A stretch of DNA of 62,798 bases, the filler included, from Octopus bimaculoides (taxonomy: Eukaryota): NCBI RefSeq assembly GCF_001194135.2. It is 4 parts of 4 records of this genome, joined end to end, with 100 filler letters (N's around TTAATTAATTAA, not from the genome) between each part and the next. Parts side by side here need not be neighbours in the genome. Positions count along the whole stretch, not along the records: positions 27,247 to 54,638 come from NC_069003.1; 3 more parts are not named here. The stretch is one strand, 5' to 3'. The notes beneath the pieces were generated by a model. It was not told the origin of the DNA. It saw nothing but the letters and a program-made list of their open reading frames with translations, and did no database searches. Positions 36,051-49,270 of the stretch are shown here, piece by piece. The translations under genes and the position numbers were made by a program. Each line of letters starts with the position of its first letter. Within the stretch, counting starts at the first letter, position 1.

Positions 36051-38501
36051 TTCAGCGAAAAAGAATGGGCTGAGCTGAATAAATTAAAAGATGACGAAAC
36101 AATAACAATCAAAGAGGCTGATAAAGGGAGTGCAGTCGTCTTAATGGACACAGAATACTATATAACTCTAGTACTATCATTATTGGAAGACACGACATAT
36201 AATGAAAAGACCCAACACTCCAGTCAGCAGAAGATAATGAGAGACCTAAAATCCATATTAAGCCTATACAGAGAAGGACTCACCGACAAATATGACTACA
36301 TGACCAATTTCAAAACTAAAATCAGTCAATTAAAAGGTATTCCCAAGATACACAAAAGTGAGAAAATAAGTAACGCATGCAAGATCGCCAGACATAATAA
36401 TCAATGTCCCTACCCCAAATGACCTCAAAATGAGACCTATAATAGCAGGTCCCACATGCGAAACCCACCGCCTCAGTAACTTTTTAGATACCCTCCTAAA
36501 ACCATTCCTCAAACATCTCAAAGGCTACGTAAGGGACGACCTGGATATGCTCGATCACCTTCCTGAAACAATAAACAAAAACACCCTACTAGTATCCTTC
36601 TCTGTAGTCAACCTCTATTTCAATATCCCCCACAACCTAGGAATAGAAGCAATTCAACTCTGGCTAGAGAATTACGCCAACGAACTCCCCCACCACATCA
36701 AAAATGAATTCGTGATAGAAGGGCTCAAATTTATCTTGGAGAACAACTACTTAGTCTTCAACGATAACTTCTACCGACAAAAATCGGGGTCTGCGATGAG
36801 TACGAGAATGGCCCCCTCCTTTGCTAACCTAGTCATGGGATATCTAGAAATTAGTCTTTATAATAAGGTTCAAGAAAAATACGGCAACCCATTCTCCCTG
36901 TACATAGAAAATAACTGGAAGAAATACCTGGATGACTGTTTCATTCTTTGGCATGAGAGTATAGAGAGACTTAAAGAATTTCAAGCACTTATAAATGGAC
37001 TTGGCGTAAACATTCAATTCACCATGGAATATAGCCATCAACAACTTCCCTTCCTCGACATCCTCATTAAGAAATCTAACAACGTAAAAGAAACAGATAT
37101 ATACGATAAGCCCACGGACTCAAAGCAATATCTACCATTCAACTCATGCCACATCCCTTCAACTTAGCAAAAAGGATATGTACTATAGTTTCTAATGCAA
37201 ACACCAGGGACACTCGACTACATGAACTAAAGGATACTCTCACCACCAAGAACTACCCATCTACACTAATTGACACATGCTTTCAACGAGCCCTTCAACT
37301 CAGCATCCACGAACTGAGACATCCCAAATTAAAGAAGGTCTTACGACCAAAATCCCTATCATACATTTCCACATACAACCCTCTTAACAACGAAGCCCTC
37401 GACATCATCCTTCAAAACATTCCCCTGCTAAAAAAAGGACCACAGAATGAACTTAATCCTCCAAACACATACCATTATAAAAAGCAAGAGACAGCCCAAA
37501 TCTATGAAAAATCTCCTGTGTTCGAATACGCTCATCAAAAACACTGAAGCCGTCAGTAAAAAAAATGCGGTAGACCCAACTGCGGGATATGCGTCAATTT
37601 AATTGAGGGATCAGAGTTCTCCTTCAAACAGGAACAAAATTTCACAGTGAAAAGTAACTTCACATGTACTTCGGAGGACCTTATATACGTACTAACCTGC
37701 TCTGGGTGTCAAGAGCAGTACATAGGCCAAGCAAAAAACAGTCTGCGTCAACGGATGGCTCTGCACAGATCCCAGATCAAAATTCCGAAAAACAGAAAAA
37801 TAGTATTCAGCCAACACATCGATATTTGCGCCAATAACAAAAATCCAAGTTTTAGAATTTTTCCCCTCTATCAATTCAGAGACGATACAAACTACAACCA
37901 AAGAATTAGTAAAGACTCTCTCTTTATCACAAAATACAGACCCCTTCTGAACGCATCTATAACAAATGACATATCTACCACGACCTTAGAATAAAACACA
38001 TGTAAATATTAAAAATGATAAACTCCAAAGAGATATTCAAAGAATTATAAAAAAATATTAAAAAACAATCCTAATCACTGCTCACTCGACTAGTTACTGT
38101 CACACTATCCCGCATTCCATTATTACTATTTCTCTTCTTCTCCCCATCCCTCTTCTTCTTTTTCCACCACATCCTCCCTTACTTTATTACTACTACTGCT
38201 GTTTAGAATCATACTTACGCAAACATTATAAACAAAACATTCAAAAGGGATTTCTCAAGAATTCAAATCACTACTCCCGTCAACAACAGGTCATTTTCAG
38301 AACACTTAACCAATTAACACTCTGCTACTATCATAGCACTTCTTCTTCTTCTTCTTAGCCAAGAATTCACGACCTCGAACCCACAAGAGAAACAGAGACA
38401 GACAGAAACAAGGAAAATGCCCCTCTTATTTGAATACAATACAAATATGTTTTTAAAAAGACTTTTCATTCAAATTTGCCAAAATTTGTTATCCATATTT
38501 A

Positions 38502-38537
38502 CAGTTGAAAAGATCTCAAGGATCGAAACCGGTACTG
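38502..38537 (+). ncRNA. Minimal hammerhead motif, U3:A8 variant
   Basis: CAG-TTGAAAA-GATC TCAAG GATC-GAAA-CCGG-TA-CTG. Helix I CAG/CTG, helix II GATC/GATC, palindromic ACCGGT. Confidence 0.6.
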
Positions 38538-39492
38538 AAATGTTTTTTTATAAAAGTATTTTAGCNNNNNNNNNNNNNNNNNNNNNNNNNNNNNNNNNNN
38601 NNNNNNNNNNNNNNNNNNNNNNNNNNNNNNNNNNNNNNNNNNNNNNNNNNNNNNNNNNNNNNNNNNNNNNNNNNNNNNNNNNNNNNNNNNNNNNNNNNNN
38701 NNNNNNNNNNNNNNNNNNNNNNNNNNNNNNNNNNNNNNNNNNNNNNNNNNNNNNNNNNNNNNNNNNNNNNNNNNNNNNNNNNNNNNNNNNNNNNNNNNNN
38801 NNNNNNNNNNNNNNNNNNNNNNNNNNNNNNNNNNNNNNNNNNNNNNNNNNNNNNNNNNNNNNNNNNNNNNNNNNNNNNNNNNNNNNNNNNNNNNNNNNNN
38901 NNNNNNNNNNNNNNNNNNNNNNNNNNNNNNNNNNNNNNNNNNNNNNNNNNNNNNNNNNNNNNNNNNNNNNNNNNNNNNNNNNNNNNNNNNNNNNNNNNNN
39001 NNNNNNNNNNNNNNNNNNNNNNNNNNNNNNNNNNNNNNNNNNNNNNNNNNNNNNNNNNNNNNNNNNNNNNNNNNNNNNNNNNNNNNNNNNNNNNNNNNNN
39101 NNNNNNNNNNNNNNNNNNNNNNNNNNNNNNNNNNNNNNNNNNNNNNNNNNNNNNNNNNNNNNNNNNNNNNNNNNNNNNNNNNNNNNNNNNNNNNNNNNNN
39201 NNNNNNNNNNNNNNNNNNNNNNNNNNNNNNNNNNNNNNNNNNNNNNNNNNNNNNNNNNNNNNNNNNNNNNNNNNNNNNNNNNNNNNNNNNNNNNNNNNNN
39301 NNNNNNNNNNNNNNNNNNNNNNNNNNNNNNNNNNNNNNNNNNNNNNNNNNNNNNNNNNNNNNNNNNNNNNNNNNNNNNNNNNNNNNNNNNNNNNNNNNNN
39401 NNNNNNNNNNNNNNNNNNNNNNNNNNNNNNNNNNNNNNNNNNNNNNNNNNNNNNNTGCTATAAACTGTTTTAGCAGAGACTCCAGCTAAGAA

Positions 39493-39528
39493 GATCTGAA
39501 GAAGGAATTGTAATTCCGAAATATCATC
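39493..39528 (+). ncRNA. Minimal hammerhead motif with canonical core
   Basis: GAT-CTGAAGA-A-GGAAT TGTA ATTCC-GAAA-TA-TC-ATC. Helix I GAT/ATC, 5-bp helix II, ATAT palindrome, cleavage triplet AUC. Confidence 0.65.
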
Positions 39529-39613
39529 GGACTATAGATAACCAAATTACAACAGGTATATAGTCCATTTTTTGTTCTATAGTGCATTGTTGTACTATTC
39601 TAAACTTTTTATT

Positions 39614-39653
<40 letters not shown>

Positions 39654-40039
39654 GTGTGTACACAATCACCGCCTCTAAGGATTTAGTCGATGCTCATTTT
39701 ATAGGTCTCTCTTTGACCACTAAGTTAATTAGAAACGTAAGACAAAATATAAGCACGAACACATGCACATACGCGCACGTGCGATGATGAGATTGGTGAG
39801 AAGGGTAGGATTAAATTGAAGTGAATGAGGGAGGAGTGGTGTAGAGAAGAAAATATGAGGGAGATGAGGCTGATAAAGGAGAAAACAGAGCAAAATTTGA
39901 TGAAGTCTTATTACCCTCCACAGCCCGATGCACCCGAGAGGAGACGATAATTGTTAGGATGACTTTTATTGCATTTAATTCCGCTTCTCTCGAACATGAG
40001 AAAATGTAATTTTCAAATTTTGATACCCTACCTCCTAAA

Positions 40040-40410
40040 ATTGCTAGAGTTGTAAGTTGATTGTATCGATCCCAATGCTCAGCTGACTCAGAAAGAATTA
40101 AAGACAAAGTTCAGCTCAGCTGAATTTGAACTCAGAACGTAGAGAGCTGGAAGAAATACCGCGTAGTATTTTGTTCGACGCACTAACAATTCTGCCAATT
40201 CATAGCATTTGTTTCCAAAGTAAGAATGTTCTACTATAAGCACAAGGCCTGAAATTTTGATCAACTAGTATTTATTTTATTGACCCCGAAAGAATGAAAG
40301 GAAAAGTTGAGCTCAGCGGAATTTGAACTCAGAACGTAGAGGGCTGAAATAAGCGCCGGTGAGCATTCTGTTCGACGCGCTAACGATTCTGACAGCTCAC
40401 TGCGGCCTTA
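40040..40410 (-). mobile_element. SINE family B, two tandem copies
   Basis: Repeated gaatttgaactcagaacgtaga...cgacgc.ctaac.attctg (reverse complement of the family B head). Confidence 0.75.
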
Positions 40411-43400
40411 GGAGGAAATTTTGAAAATAAAATACCAACGTATAAAAGAGAGAGAAAAGGCACGGTGTATCTAGGACTACATTATATTCACGGCTGAAAT
40501 ACATAGGAAAGCTATGTCTTAGGTATACTATGCCTGAACGAGAGACGAGGTAGTCATGGTTGGAATTAATTGGAATTGGGAAAAATCACAGGCGACCTGA
40601 ACAACAATCATTAGATAAATTGAGCTAATTCCAATGGTGTTGATTCGTAAACACTTTCTGCTTATAAACAGCCACAGAGTGGCGGTGATGGACCCGGTAG
40701 TATACAAGCAGAACTGTTGGGGAGTTTCGTAATTATTTTGTTGCTGTTTACCAAAGTTTAAAAAATAGTGAGAGACATGATTGCCGAAGTCAGACATTGT
40801 TCTCCAAGAGTTGCTTCCCTTCACCGCCCCATTTGTGACTAATAAAAATTTTCGCGCATTTCTATTTTAAACACCCCATATAACCCCCTCATAGCTTATT
40901 TTTTAGAATTTCCAAAAAGTTTAAAATACGGACAGTCCGAATTTTTTGCTTAAATCCCAGCAAAATAGACCATCAAATGTGTTTACAGAAAGACATTGAA
41001 AAACATCAATGCGTCAGCGTGCCAAACAAATGAGGAGGGTATCAAGTGGTCGTGAGATGTGCTAAAAATAACAGCTAAATAACCCTTAAATCACATACAA
41101 AAATTTGGGGGTTTTTTTTTTTGTTTTTGCATAATCGTATAAATTCCCGTGTAGAACACAAATTCGCAAAAATATTTCTGATAATCTTAATATATAAAAT
41201 ATCTTGTCTGTGTGTGTGTCTTCATACTTGGGGTACACGAATAATTTTACCTTGAAAATAATGATACGGTCTTAGATTTTTTTTTTTTTATTAAAAATAA
41301 ATAATATTGCTCTATATATAAAAATTCACTTCTTCAAATCGTTTTCTCAACTTCCTGTCTTTGGCATCTTAACCAGCTTTTTACACACACACACGTATAC
41401 ATCATTACGGTTGTGACGATTTCTGATAAAAAAAAGAATTTCTAAAGGTACTTTCATGTAAGAAAAAAATTTTCATACGGAGATAGACGCCTTTTTCTCA
41501 ATTAATTAAATGAGGTACTGTATATTGTACATTGATTTTCCAATACATATTTCGGACATCTTTGTGATTATTCTTGGCGCAAATATCAAAAATATCGGCG
41601 GTTTTCTGCTTGCCGCTTTATAACATTTTCACATTTGATTCCCATTTTTAATTTTTATATTTTACGTCTAATTATTTCTTTGTATAATAGTGCTCACTTG
41701 CTAGGTAAATATTTCTTTCATTATTTTATCACAGTAAATAATCTCTTTTAAACAAACATCACGGTAGTCCAACAACAGAGCTAGAAGCAATTTGTCAAGT
41801 TTTACCTTCCCCTCAAAGCAACATAGATTTCAATTCAGCAGCCCTTCTGTAAGCTTTGCAGTAAGAGAGAGAGAGAGAGAGAACATTGCAAACAATGAAT
41901 GAAATGAAAAAAATCGTATAAATAAAAGGGCATTACTACAGCCGTATACACCCCCGACTTTGTTGCCTCATAACATTCTGAAAAATGGATACTTTTTAAC
42001 AAAATTTTCTACAAATACCACTTAGATGTTGTGGCTTCAGAGTATATAGGGATTTATGGGAAAGAATTTTTGCGATGGGGTGGAGAGAGGCGTTTCAGAA
42101 AATTCACATGATCTGACTTTTTCCCTCATAACTTTCAGGAAGATGGGTATCTTTTAATGAAAATTTATACAAATCTCTTTCAAAAGGCATAGATTACGAT
42201 TATAAAGAAATTTGTGGGAAAAATTTTTTCGGGGATTTTCCCCATTTTTGTTAAACCACAGCCTTCGAAATGATGGGTGCGGTGGGGGCATCTTTGTATG
42301 AAAAAACTTTTGAAACTATTTTTACACCNNNNNNNNNNNNNNNNNNNNNNNNNNNNNNNNNNNNNNNNNNNNNNNNNNNNNNNNNNNNNNNNNNNNNNNN
42401 NNNNNNNNNNNNNNNNNNNNNNNNNNNNNNNNNNNNNNTCATCCCACCTCGGACCTATTGCGGCCATTTTTTTTTTTTGTACTTTAAAACCATGGGAAGA
42501 GCATTTTCGGTAGAAAATTTTTTTTTAAATTGTTAATATTTTCAGAAGGAAAAGTGATTTGAGAGCAATTTAGTTGTTTCTAGCACATCCAAAGACATCC
42601 CTCCTCATTTCTTTAGCACTCTCGCATATATTAATGTTTTTCAATATTTTCCCCATAAATACATTTATATGCTATAAAAAGAAAATTTGAGAAATTATGA
42701 ATTTTTTGCAACCCCACTCTCTGCCCCTGATTGTTTCCGTTTAGAAATTAAAATATTGGAGAGCCTGAGGTCATTATTGGCATTTATCCACAGTGATTTT
42801 TAAAAATTACTGAGATGTACTTGCATAGTAAGTGACTTGATCTGAGATCATGTGCTGAAACAAAAACAATTGCATGGAAGATGTTTGTAAACCATTCGAG
42901 AACACACAAATACCATTAGTTTCACTTCAACATTAAAACTTCATTTGTGTCAATATTTTCGTCGCTTTGAAACCGCAACCTGTTCACTAACAAAACTTCA
43001 CAAAAGTGATGCACCACAAAGCGCACACACACACACGTATATTCATNNNNNNNNNNNNNNNNNNNNNNNNNNNNNNNNNNNNNNNNNNNNNNNNNNNNNN
43101 NNNNNNNNNNNNNNNNNNNNNNNNNNNNNNNNNNNNNNNNNNNNNNNNNNNNNNNNNNNNNNNNNNNNNNNNNNNNNNNNNNNNNNNNNNNNNNNNNNNN
43201 NNNNNNNNNNNNNNNNNNNNNNNNNNNNNNNNNNNNNNNNNNNNNNNNNNNNNNNNNNNNNNNNNNNNNNNNNNNNNNNNNNNNNNNNNNNNNNNNNNNN
43301 NNNNNNNNNNNNNNNNNNNNNNNNNNNNNNNNNNNNNNNNNNNNNNNNNNNNNNNNNNNNNNNNNNNNNNNNNNNNNNNNNNNNNNNNNNNNNNNNNNNN

Positions 43401-43888
43401 NNNNNNNNNNNNNNNNNNNNNNNNNNNNNNNNNNNNNNNNNNNNNNNNNNNNNNNNNNNNNNNNNNNNNNNNNNNNNNNNNNNNNNNNNNNNNNNNNNNN
43501 NNNNNNNNNNNNNNNNNNNNNNNNNNNNNNNNNNNNNNNNNNNNNNNNNNNNNNNNNNNNNNNNNNNNNNNNNNNNNNNNNNNNNNNNNNNNNNNNNNNN
43601 NNNNNNNNNNNNNNNNNNNNNNNNNNNNNNNNNNNNNNNNNNNNNNNNNNNNNNNNNNNNNNNNNNNNNNNNNNNNNNNNNNNNNNNNNNNNNNNNNNNN
43701 NNNNNNNNNNNNNNNNNNNNNNNNNNNNNNNNNNNNNNNNNNNNNNNTTGGAATCTACATAGCCCGAGGTATATTTGTAGACAATTTCATTTAAATAATA
43801 TCCATTTTCCTGAAGGCTAAGACGAATTGGACTCCGGTAATTTTCCGAAAATCCTCCCCAGCCCCTCCTAAAACACTCCCCCAAAAAA

Positions 43889-45112
43889 TTGCATATTCGG
43901 AATCTACATGATATAACACATATTCGTAGAAAATTTCATTACAAAACATCCATTTTTCTGAAAGTTATCCAAAGTCAGCAGAAAGCCTGTGGTGAGATGG
44001 TACCAACTGTCAATGATCTCATAATGCATGTGCTCCCAAACGTTGCACAAAACTTTAGCAACATTCAATGGCTCTGTGAGCAAGTCATCTTAGCTCCATG
44101 TAATAATGCTGTCAACAAAATCAGCTGAGATCTCTTGCAGCTGTTACCTGGACAAGAACAGTCTTTCAAATCCCTCGACAATAATCAGGACCAGGCTGTA
44201 GTTTCTCCAACTGAGTTCCTGAACTCTCTACAGCCATCTGGGATGCTACCTCGGGGGCCCCTCGATCATGCTGTTCAGGAATCTGGATCCACCTCGTCTG
44301 TGCAATGGCACTATACTGGTAGTGAAAGGGATGCAACCCCATATCCTAGAGGCAACAATTATGACTGCGAACTATAACGGTGAGGATGTCTTCATTCCAC
44401 GGATCCTGTTAATCCCATATGACCTTCCCTTTGAATTTAAACGATTCCAGTTCCCAGTGAAAGTAAGTTTCACTATGCTAGTAAACACATCTCTCAAGGT
44501 TGTTGAACTTCACCTTGCTTTTCTCATGGACCAATTACATGTAGGATGTTCGCGAGTTGGAAGTCCCCAAAATCTTTCCATGTATACACCAATCAAAGGA
44601 CACACTCAAAACATTGTATATTCAGAAGCTCTAGATAATTAAACTGGGATTGATTTTTGGATTTAATACATTTGTTTATACTCACGTCATCAGATAAAAT
44701 TTTTGTTAAATGTACTTATTAACAAGAGGGGAGCGCCCGCAGGACGGTTCTTCTCAAATTTATGCATTTTCAGGTTCAACGTGTTTCAAATAAGTACTGA
44801 CAATTGAAGGTGATTGCAAAGACAAAGAACTACCTGTTTTTTTTAAACAATTTTAACAGTGAGAACATCGGATAAAACACATTAATAGTTTGTACCTCAG
44901 CTAATTACTGTTGAGAGCTGCATAATCCATGTTGTATTTTAGAAATTTAAAAAGGGTACTTAAATTTCATTATTTTCAATTATCTGGAAAACGTATAAAG
45001 TTGGTATCTCAGCTACTAGGAGGTAAGACCTGCATAGTCTGTTTCATGTTAGAGATCTAAAAAGCATTTCACCATTTACTTTAACCTGGGCAATGCTGGG
45101 CATTTCTGCTAG
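43889..45112 (+). mobile_element. Helitron 3' portion: PIF1-like helicase C-terminus and 3' terminus
   Basis: WLCEQVILAPCNNAVNKI, PTEFLNSLQPSGM, RNLDPPRLCNGT.LVV, VFIPRILLIP..LPFEFKRFQFPVKVSF..GCSRV, followed by hairpin-like cctgggcaatgctgggc and CTAG|T at 45109-45113. Confidence 0.88.
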
Positions 45113-45357
45113 TGCCAAGTAAAAAGGTAATTTTTTAATTATGTAAACAATCTACATACACCCAACACATAATGCTCACCAACTCTTTTATACACAAGAA
45201 CACATTAAACAATGTAGTCACCGACATACAAAAGATGGGATGGTCACAGCTGAGAAGCCTTTGTAGATAATTTGCTTTTATTTTTTTTTAAACTGTTTTT
45301 CTTTTCTCAGTGCTGCCATGGACGACACAATTCCACATTAGAGAAAATACATATCAA

Positions 45358-45695
45358 AATGGTGATGGCTTAGGCTTTGCAACCATGTGGTTTCAGGTTC
45401 AGTTCCACTGTGTAGTAATTTAACCAAATGTGTTGTAAGAAATAGCCCTGGACCAACCAATGCCTTGCAAGTGAATTCGGTAGGCAGAATATGTAAGGAA
45501 GCCAGTCGTATGTGTTTATCGGTTTGTCCCAACCACCACTTGACAATTGATGCTGGTTTGTTTAAATCCCCCTGCAAAACAGACCGGTAGAATAAGTACC
45601 AGAGTTTAAAATAAAGAAAAATGTACTGGGGTCAGTAGAAACCCTTCACAGCAGTGCCCCAGCATAACCACAGTCCAATGACCTAAACAAAAAGG
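45358..45695 (+). mobile_element. SINE family A, diverged
   Basis: aaccatgtggtttcaggttcagttccactg...accacttgacaattgatgctggtttgttta...agaataagtacc...cccagcataaccacagtccaatgac. Confidence 0.7.
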
Positions 45696-46531
45696 AACTA
45701 ATTTCACTGAATGTAAGGTTTTAGTTAAATCACGATTCTGCTGTAAAGGGTCACATAGGCAAGGGTGAGTGGTTTATACCACACCCTCACACCAACTGAG
45801 AGAATGTGATGGTTGTGGTGGCGGTACATCCAGTATAAGTTGTGACCCACCCAGCCGCCTGACACCCATGTTTTCATTAAGAGTATATAAAGTTTGGAGT
45901 GCATAAAATGGAAGAGCAAATACTCAGTTCATGTGAAAGTATCCATTTGATATTCATAGCCAAGTGATCTCATGAAAAGAGAGAGATTCCCAGAATTGTA
46001 AAACACTTGAAGCAAACAGGATAATCCATGTGGCAATGGTGGCAGTTGTTGTAAGAGAGGAGTGAAACAGAGCAGAGAGGAAAAGGGGAAAGGAAGAAAT
46101 ATTAGATACACATGTCTCCTCTCATACATGCCTCACTTATAGAGGAAGAAAATATTCAACATTAAAATGCATTTTAACATCCACACTAACCTGCAACAAA
46201 AAAATTTGTTCCACTTTTTAAATCTACACCATTTTCTTTTTGTTTATTTGTTTTTTAATCAAAATTGACCAAGTGTTTTGTTCATATTTTCTTTACTTTT
46301 ATTTTTCTTCCACTGATTCCTTCTACACACACACACACACACACACACACCTACCTGGATATCTGCATTCCAAACCCTGCCTAACACTCTGTTTCCTCCC
46401 TGCACCCAACATCAATCATCACATTCAATGTGTGGAAGTGAACATACAAAATCTCAAGAAATTTTATTTTTAAATAAATAAAAAGTTGGTTTGAAGTTGT
46501 GGCCAGTTTGTTGTGGGTGAGGTTTCATTGA

Positions 46532-46620
46532 TGATGTGCATGTGATTTGGTTGGGTGGCCTATTTGGTGATGTGCATGTGGTTTGGTTGGGTGGCCTATT
46601 TGGTGATGTGCATGTGGTTT
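46532..46620. repeat. 36-bp tandem repeat x2.5
   Basis: Units tgatgtgcatgtgRtttggttgggtggcctatttgg start at 46532, 46568 and 46604. Confidence 0.9.
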
Positions 46621-48096
46621 AGAGCACAGTGTGTTTGTTGTAGGTATGGCTTGCTTAGTAATGCACATGTAGCTTGAGTGTGTGACCTGTTTGCTGAGGG
46701 TGTGGTTTCATCAGTGATACATATGATTTGGGGTGTAGTTTGTTGAGAGTTTGGTTTGGTTAATGATGCATGTGTGGTTTGACAGTTAGCATTAGGGTTA
46801 AGTCTGATGTGGTTCAAATGTAGTTTGGTTGTAATGGAGGCATGGTCAATCTAATGCAAACAGAAAGGGATGAGGTTAGCTTTTAACCAGTCTGCACTAC
46901 TTTCCATATTGTATCCCAGTGATGTGGTCTCAAACCTCACTGCCTCCACCTGATACAATTAAATCATATTGGTTGTGTTCTGGTTGTGATGTAGGTGTGG
47001 ACAGCCTTAGACAAAGATTATTATTATTGCCAGTTGGCAGTTTACACTTCATATAGTTGAATTCCAGTTTCACACCCCACTTTCCCTTCCACACTAACTG
47101 CTGCAGTGAAATCAATCACATGAGAGTAATTGAGCGACAAAGAACTTACTGAAAATTATTTACAATGGCGGGGGGGAGGGACAATGGTTGGTGGGGTGCA
47201 AGAGGAGGAGGAGTTCCCATCGTAGGCTAACACTGTAATTCTTGCCCCACCTCATTGACCCTTTCTTGGTGATGACAGCTCAGTCCGAATGGCCAAACAA
47301 GTCCTGAGGAAACAACACCACAACAACAATCACAATGACAAGTGTTACAACAGCAACAACACAACATGATGATGATGGAAGGAATCAGTGCTGGATTACG
47401 GCATGGCTTTAGGGCCTCCATAAATTACATGAAAAAGTATTGAAAATATTCCTTGAAGTAGTGGTAAGCCTAGGGCCTACAAAACCTTAACCTGGCTCTG
47501 GTTGTGGTTAGAATCGATGGTCAATGGACTGAAAACAAACTTTAAAGTGTGTTTTTGTTTTCTAGTTTCTTTTGAAATTTTTCTCTTTATTATTATTGTT
47601 GTTGTCCATTGCCAGGTGGGTACTAAGTCACCTTAGAACTAAAATTAAACCAGTTTCTACACTACAGTCACTTGAAAATTTAAACCGAGTTGAACACTGT
47701 CCAACCAAATGAGAAGCCACCACTACAACACCACCACCATCATCATCATCACAACAACATTATCATCACAATACTACCTCCTCCTCCACTATGCCAAGGA
47801 GGTACCCAGTACTGAGTACTGCAATATTGGTTGGGAAATTATGGAAGGTGTGGAGGCAATTTCTACTACATCTGTCAAGTTCAACTCAACAATTTCCAGT
47901 TCATACTTGACATCAAAGCTCCAACAGAACTGTTTATGTGTTGTTTTGTTAGTTTTTATCTTTTCTATTTTTCATATTTTGTTATGGTAATTCATAAATT
48001 TTGTTTTTGTCTTTTTTTTTGGTAGGGCATTTTCTTTTTGAAAGGAGTTTGTTATTTTTTTGTCTTTTGCCTGTCTTTGGCTTTCGGTTGATGGAT

Positions 48097-48317
48097 TCAG
48101 TCTTGGCTGACATCACTCTCAAATTCCTCCTCTGAAGAACTCAGTCCTGCAGCCTGCAAGCTATGAATGGGGGATGACACCCTCCCCACTGGATACATAT
48201 CAGAAAAGTTATCCGAGTAGATGGATGATGTGTTTGTCGACCGCTTCTCCATCTTAAATTCGGCCACCAATGGATAGACCTGTTCAATAGCTTCCTGGAC
48301 ATTCGCAACACATGGAG
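48097..48317 (-). CDS. TBPL1: Last coding exon of TBP-like protein 1 (TRF2/TLF)
   Basis: Acceptor tgttttttctttgtag|CT (phase 1), then (A)PCVANVQEAIEQVYPLVAEFKMEK, matching the TBPL1/TRF2 C-terminus (human GPNVKAVATAVEQIYPFVFESRK from recall). Acidic tail ...SSSEEEFESDVSQD, TGA at 48099-48097. Upstream exons not found in the window. Confidence 0.88.
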
Positions 48318-49019
48318 CTACAAAGAAAAAACACAATGATGAGGAGGACTGCTTATAGATAGGGTGAAAGTTAAAATTTTAACAAATAAAAATTTTTAAC
48401 CTCTTTGATACCAACCCACTGTCCCCCTAAATTAAAACTTTCCATCAAAATTTCATGTTAGTTTATGTTCCAAACACCAGCTTGATAATGACAAATATAT
48501 TTTAATAAATGCTTCATTATTTTCAAAATTAATTGAAACAAAGGCAGTGTATTTCAACAGAAATACAGTAACAACTAATTAAAATAGCCATCTATGCATC
48601 ATACCCAATGTGCACACAGTCGATAGGCTAGTTACTGCAGAATTTGTCCTGATATAACATCTGTTATAGACTTGATTAGTCCCTGCAGCACCCATTCACA
48701 GTACCAGATGCATTTCGGCCTTTTGGGGTCTATTCAATGGTGCATACCTCATGCTCAGATGAGAATTTGTAGTCTCTTATGTAGGGAAAAGTGAGTTAAA
48801 TATTCAATGATGTTGTGAATAGCCACCTGACTGGTTCAAAATCAAGCATACACAACTGGGCAGTATTTAATTTACAAAAGCTATCTATATATCATACTTA
48901 ATGTATATACACTATCAATAGACTGGACACTGTCCAGAGATAACATCACTTATAGATTTTACTGTGTTAAAAACACAATAAATATCAGAGATGAAAATTT
49001 TCCCCAACAGTAAGTTCCA

Positions 49020-49270
49020 TCATCATCATCATCCTTTAACGTCCATTTTCCATGCTGGCATGGGTTGGACAGTTTGACCAGGGCTGGCAAGCTGGAAAGC
49101 TATACCAGGTTCCAGTCTGATTTGACCAGGTTTCTATGGCAGGATACACCAACCACTTTACATGAGCACTGGGTGCTTGAAAGTGTCACCAGCACAAGTG
49201 CTTTTTATGTGGCACAGGCCTCTTGCTGGTCAATCCTCTTCATCAGAGAATGTAACCTTAACACTTGTGC
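49020..49270 (-). mobile_element. RTE 3'-tail fragment
   Basis: catcatcatcatcctttaacgtccattttccatgctggcatgggttggacag is the reverse orientation of the tail at 51440-51483. Confidence 0.75.

Larger units (their letters stand above)
34540..38565 (+). mobile_element. Near-complete Penelope-like element, frameshifted (N-term, RT, GIY-YIG, 3' pLTR)
   Basis: SKGLEFAPTP (~35160), IKEADKGSAVVLMD, GIPKIHKS, RPIIAGPTCETHRLS, YRQKSGSAMSTRMAPSFANL, KKYLDDCFILW, LPFLDILI, and LIYVLTCSGCQEQYIGQAKNSLRQRMALH (37647-37994). The 3' region is homologous to 55870-56120. Confidence 0.92.

Noticed and set aside
9146-43884. Many 200-400 aa ORFs in the track made mostly of X
   Set aside because: They are open only because N runs contain no stops.
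46532-46620. His-rich 12-aa repeat (KPHAHHQIGHPT) on the minus strand
   Set aside because: Only 2.5 units, followed by a stop, no splice context; probably a non-coding tandem duplication.
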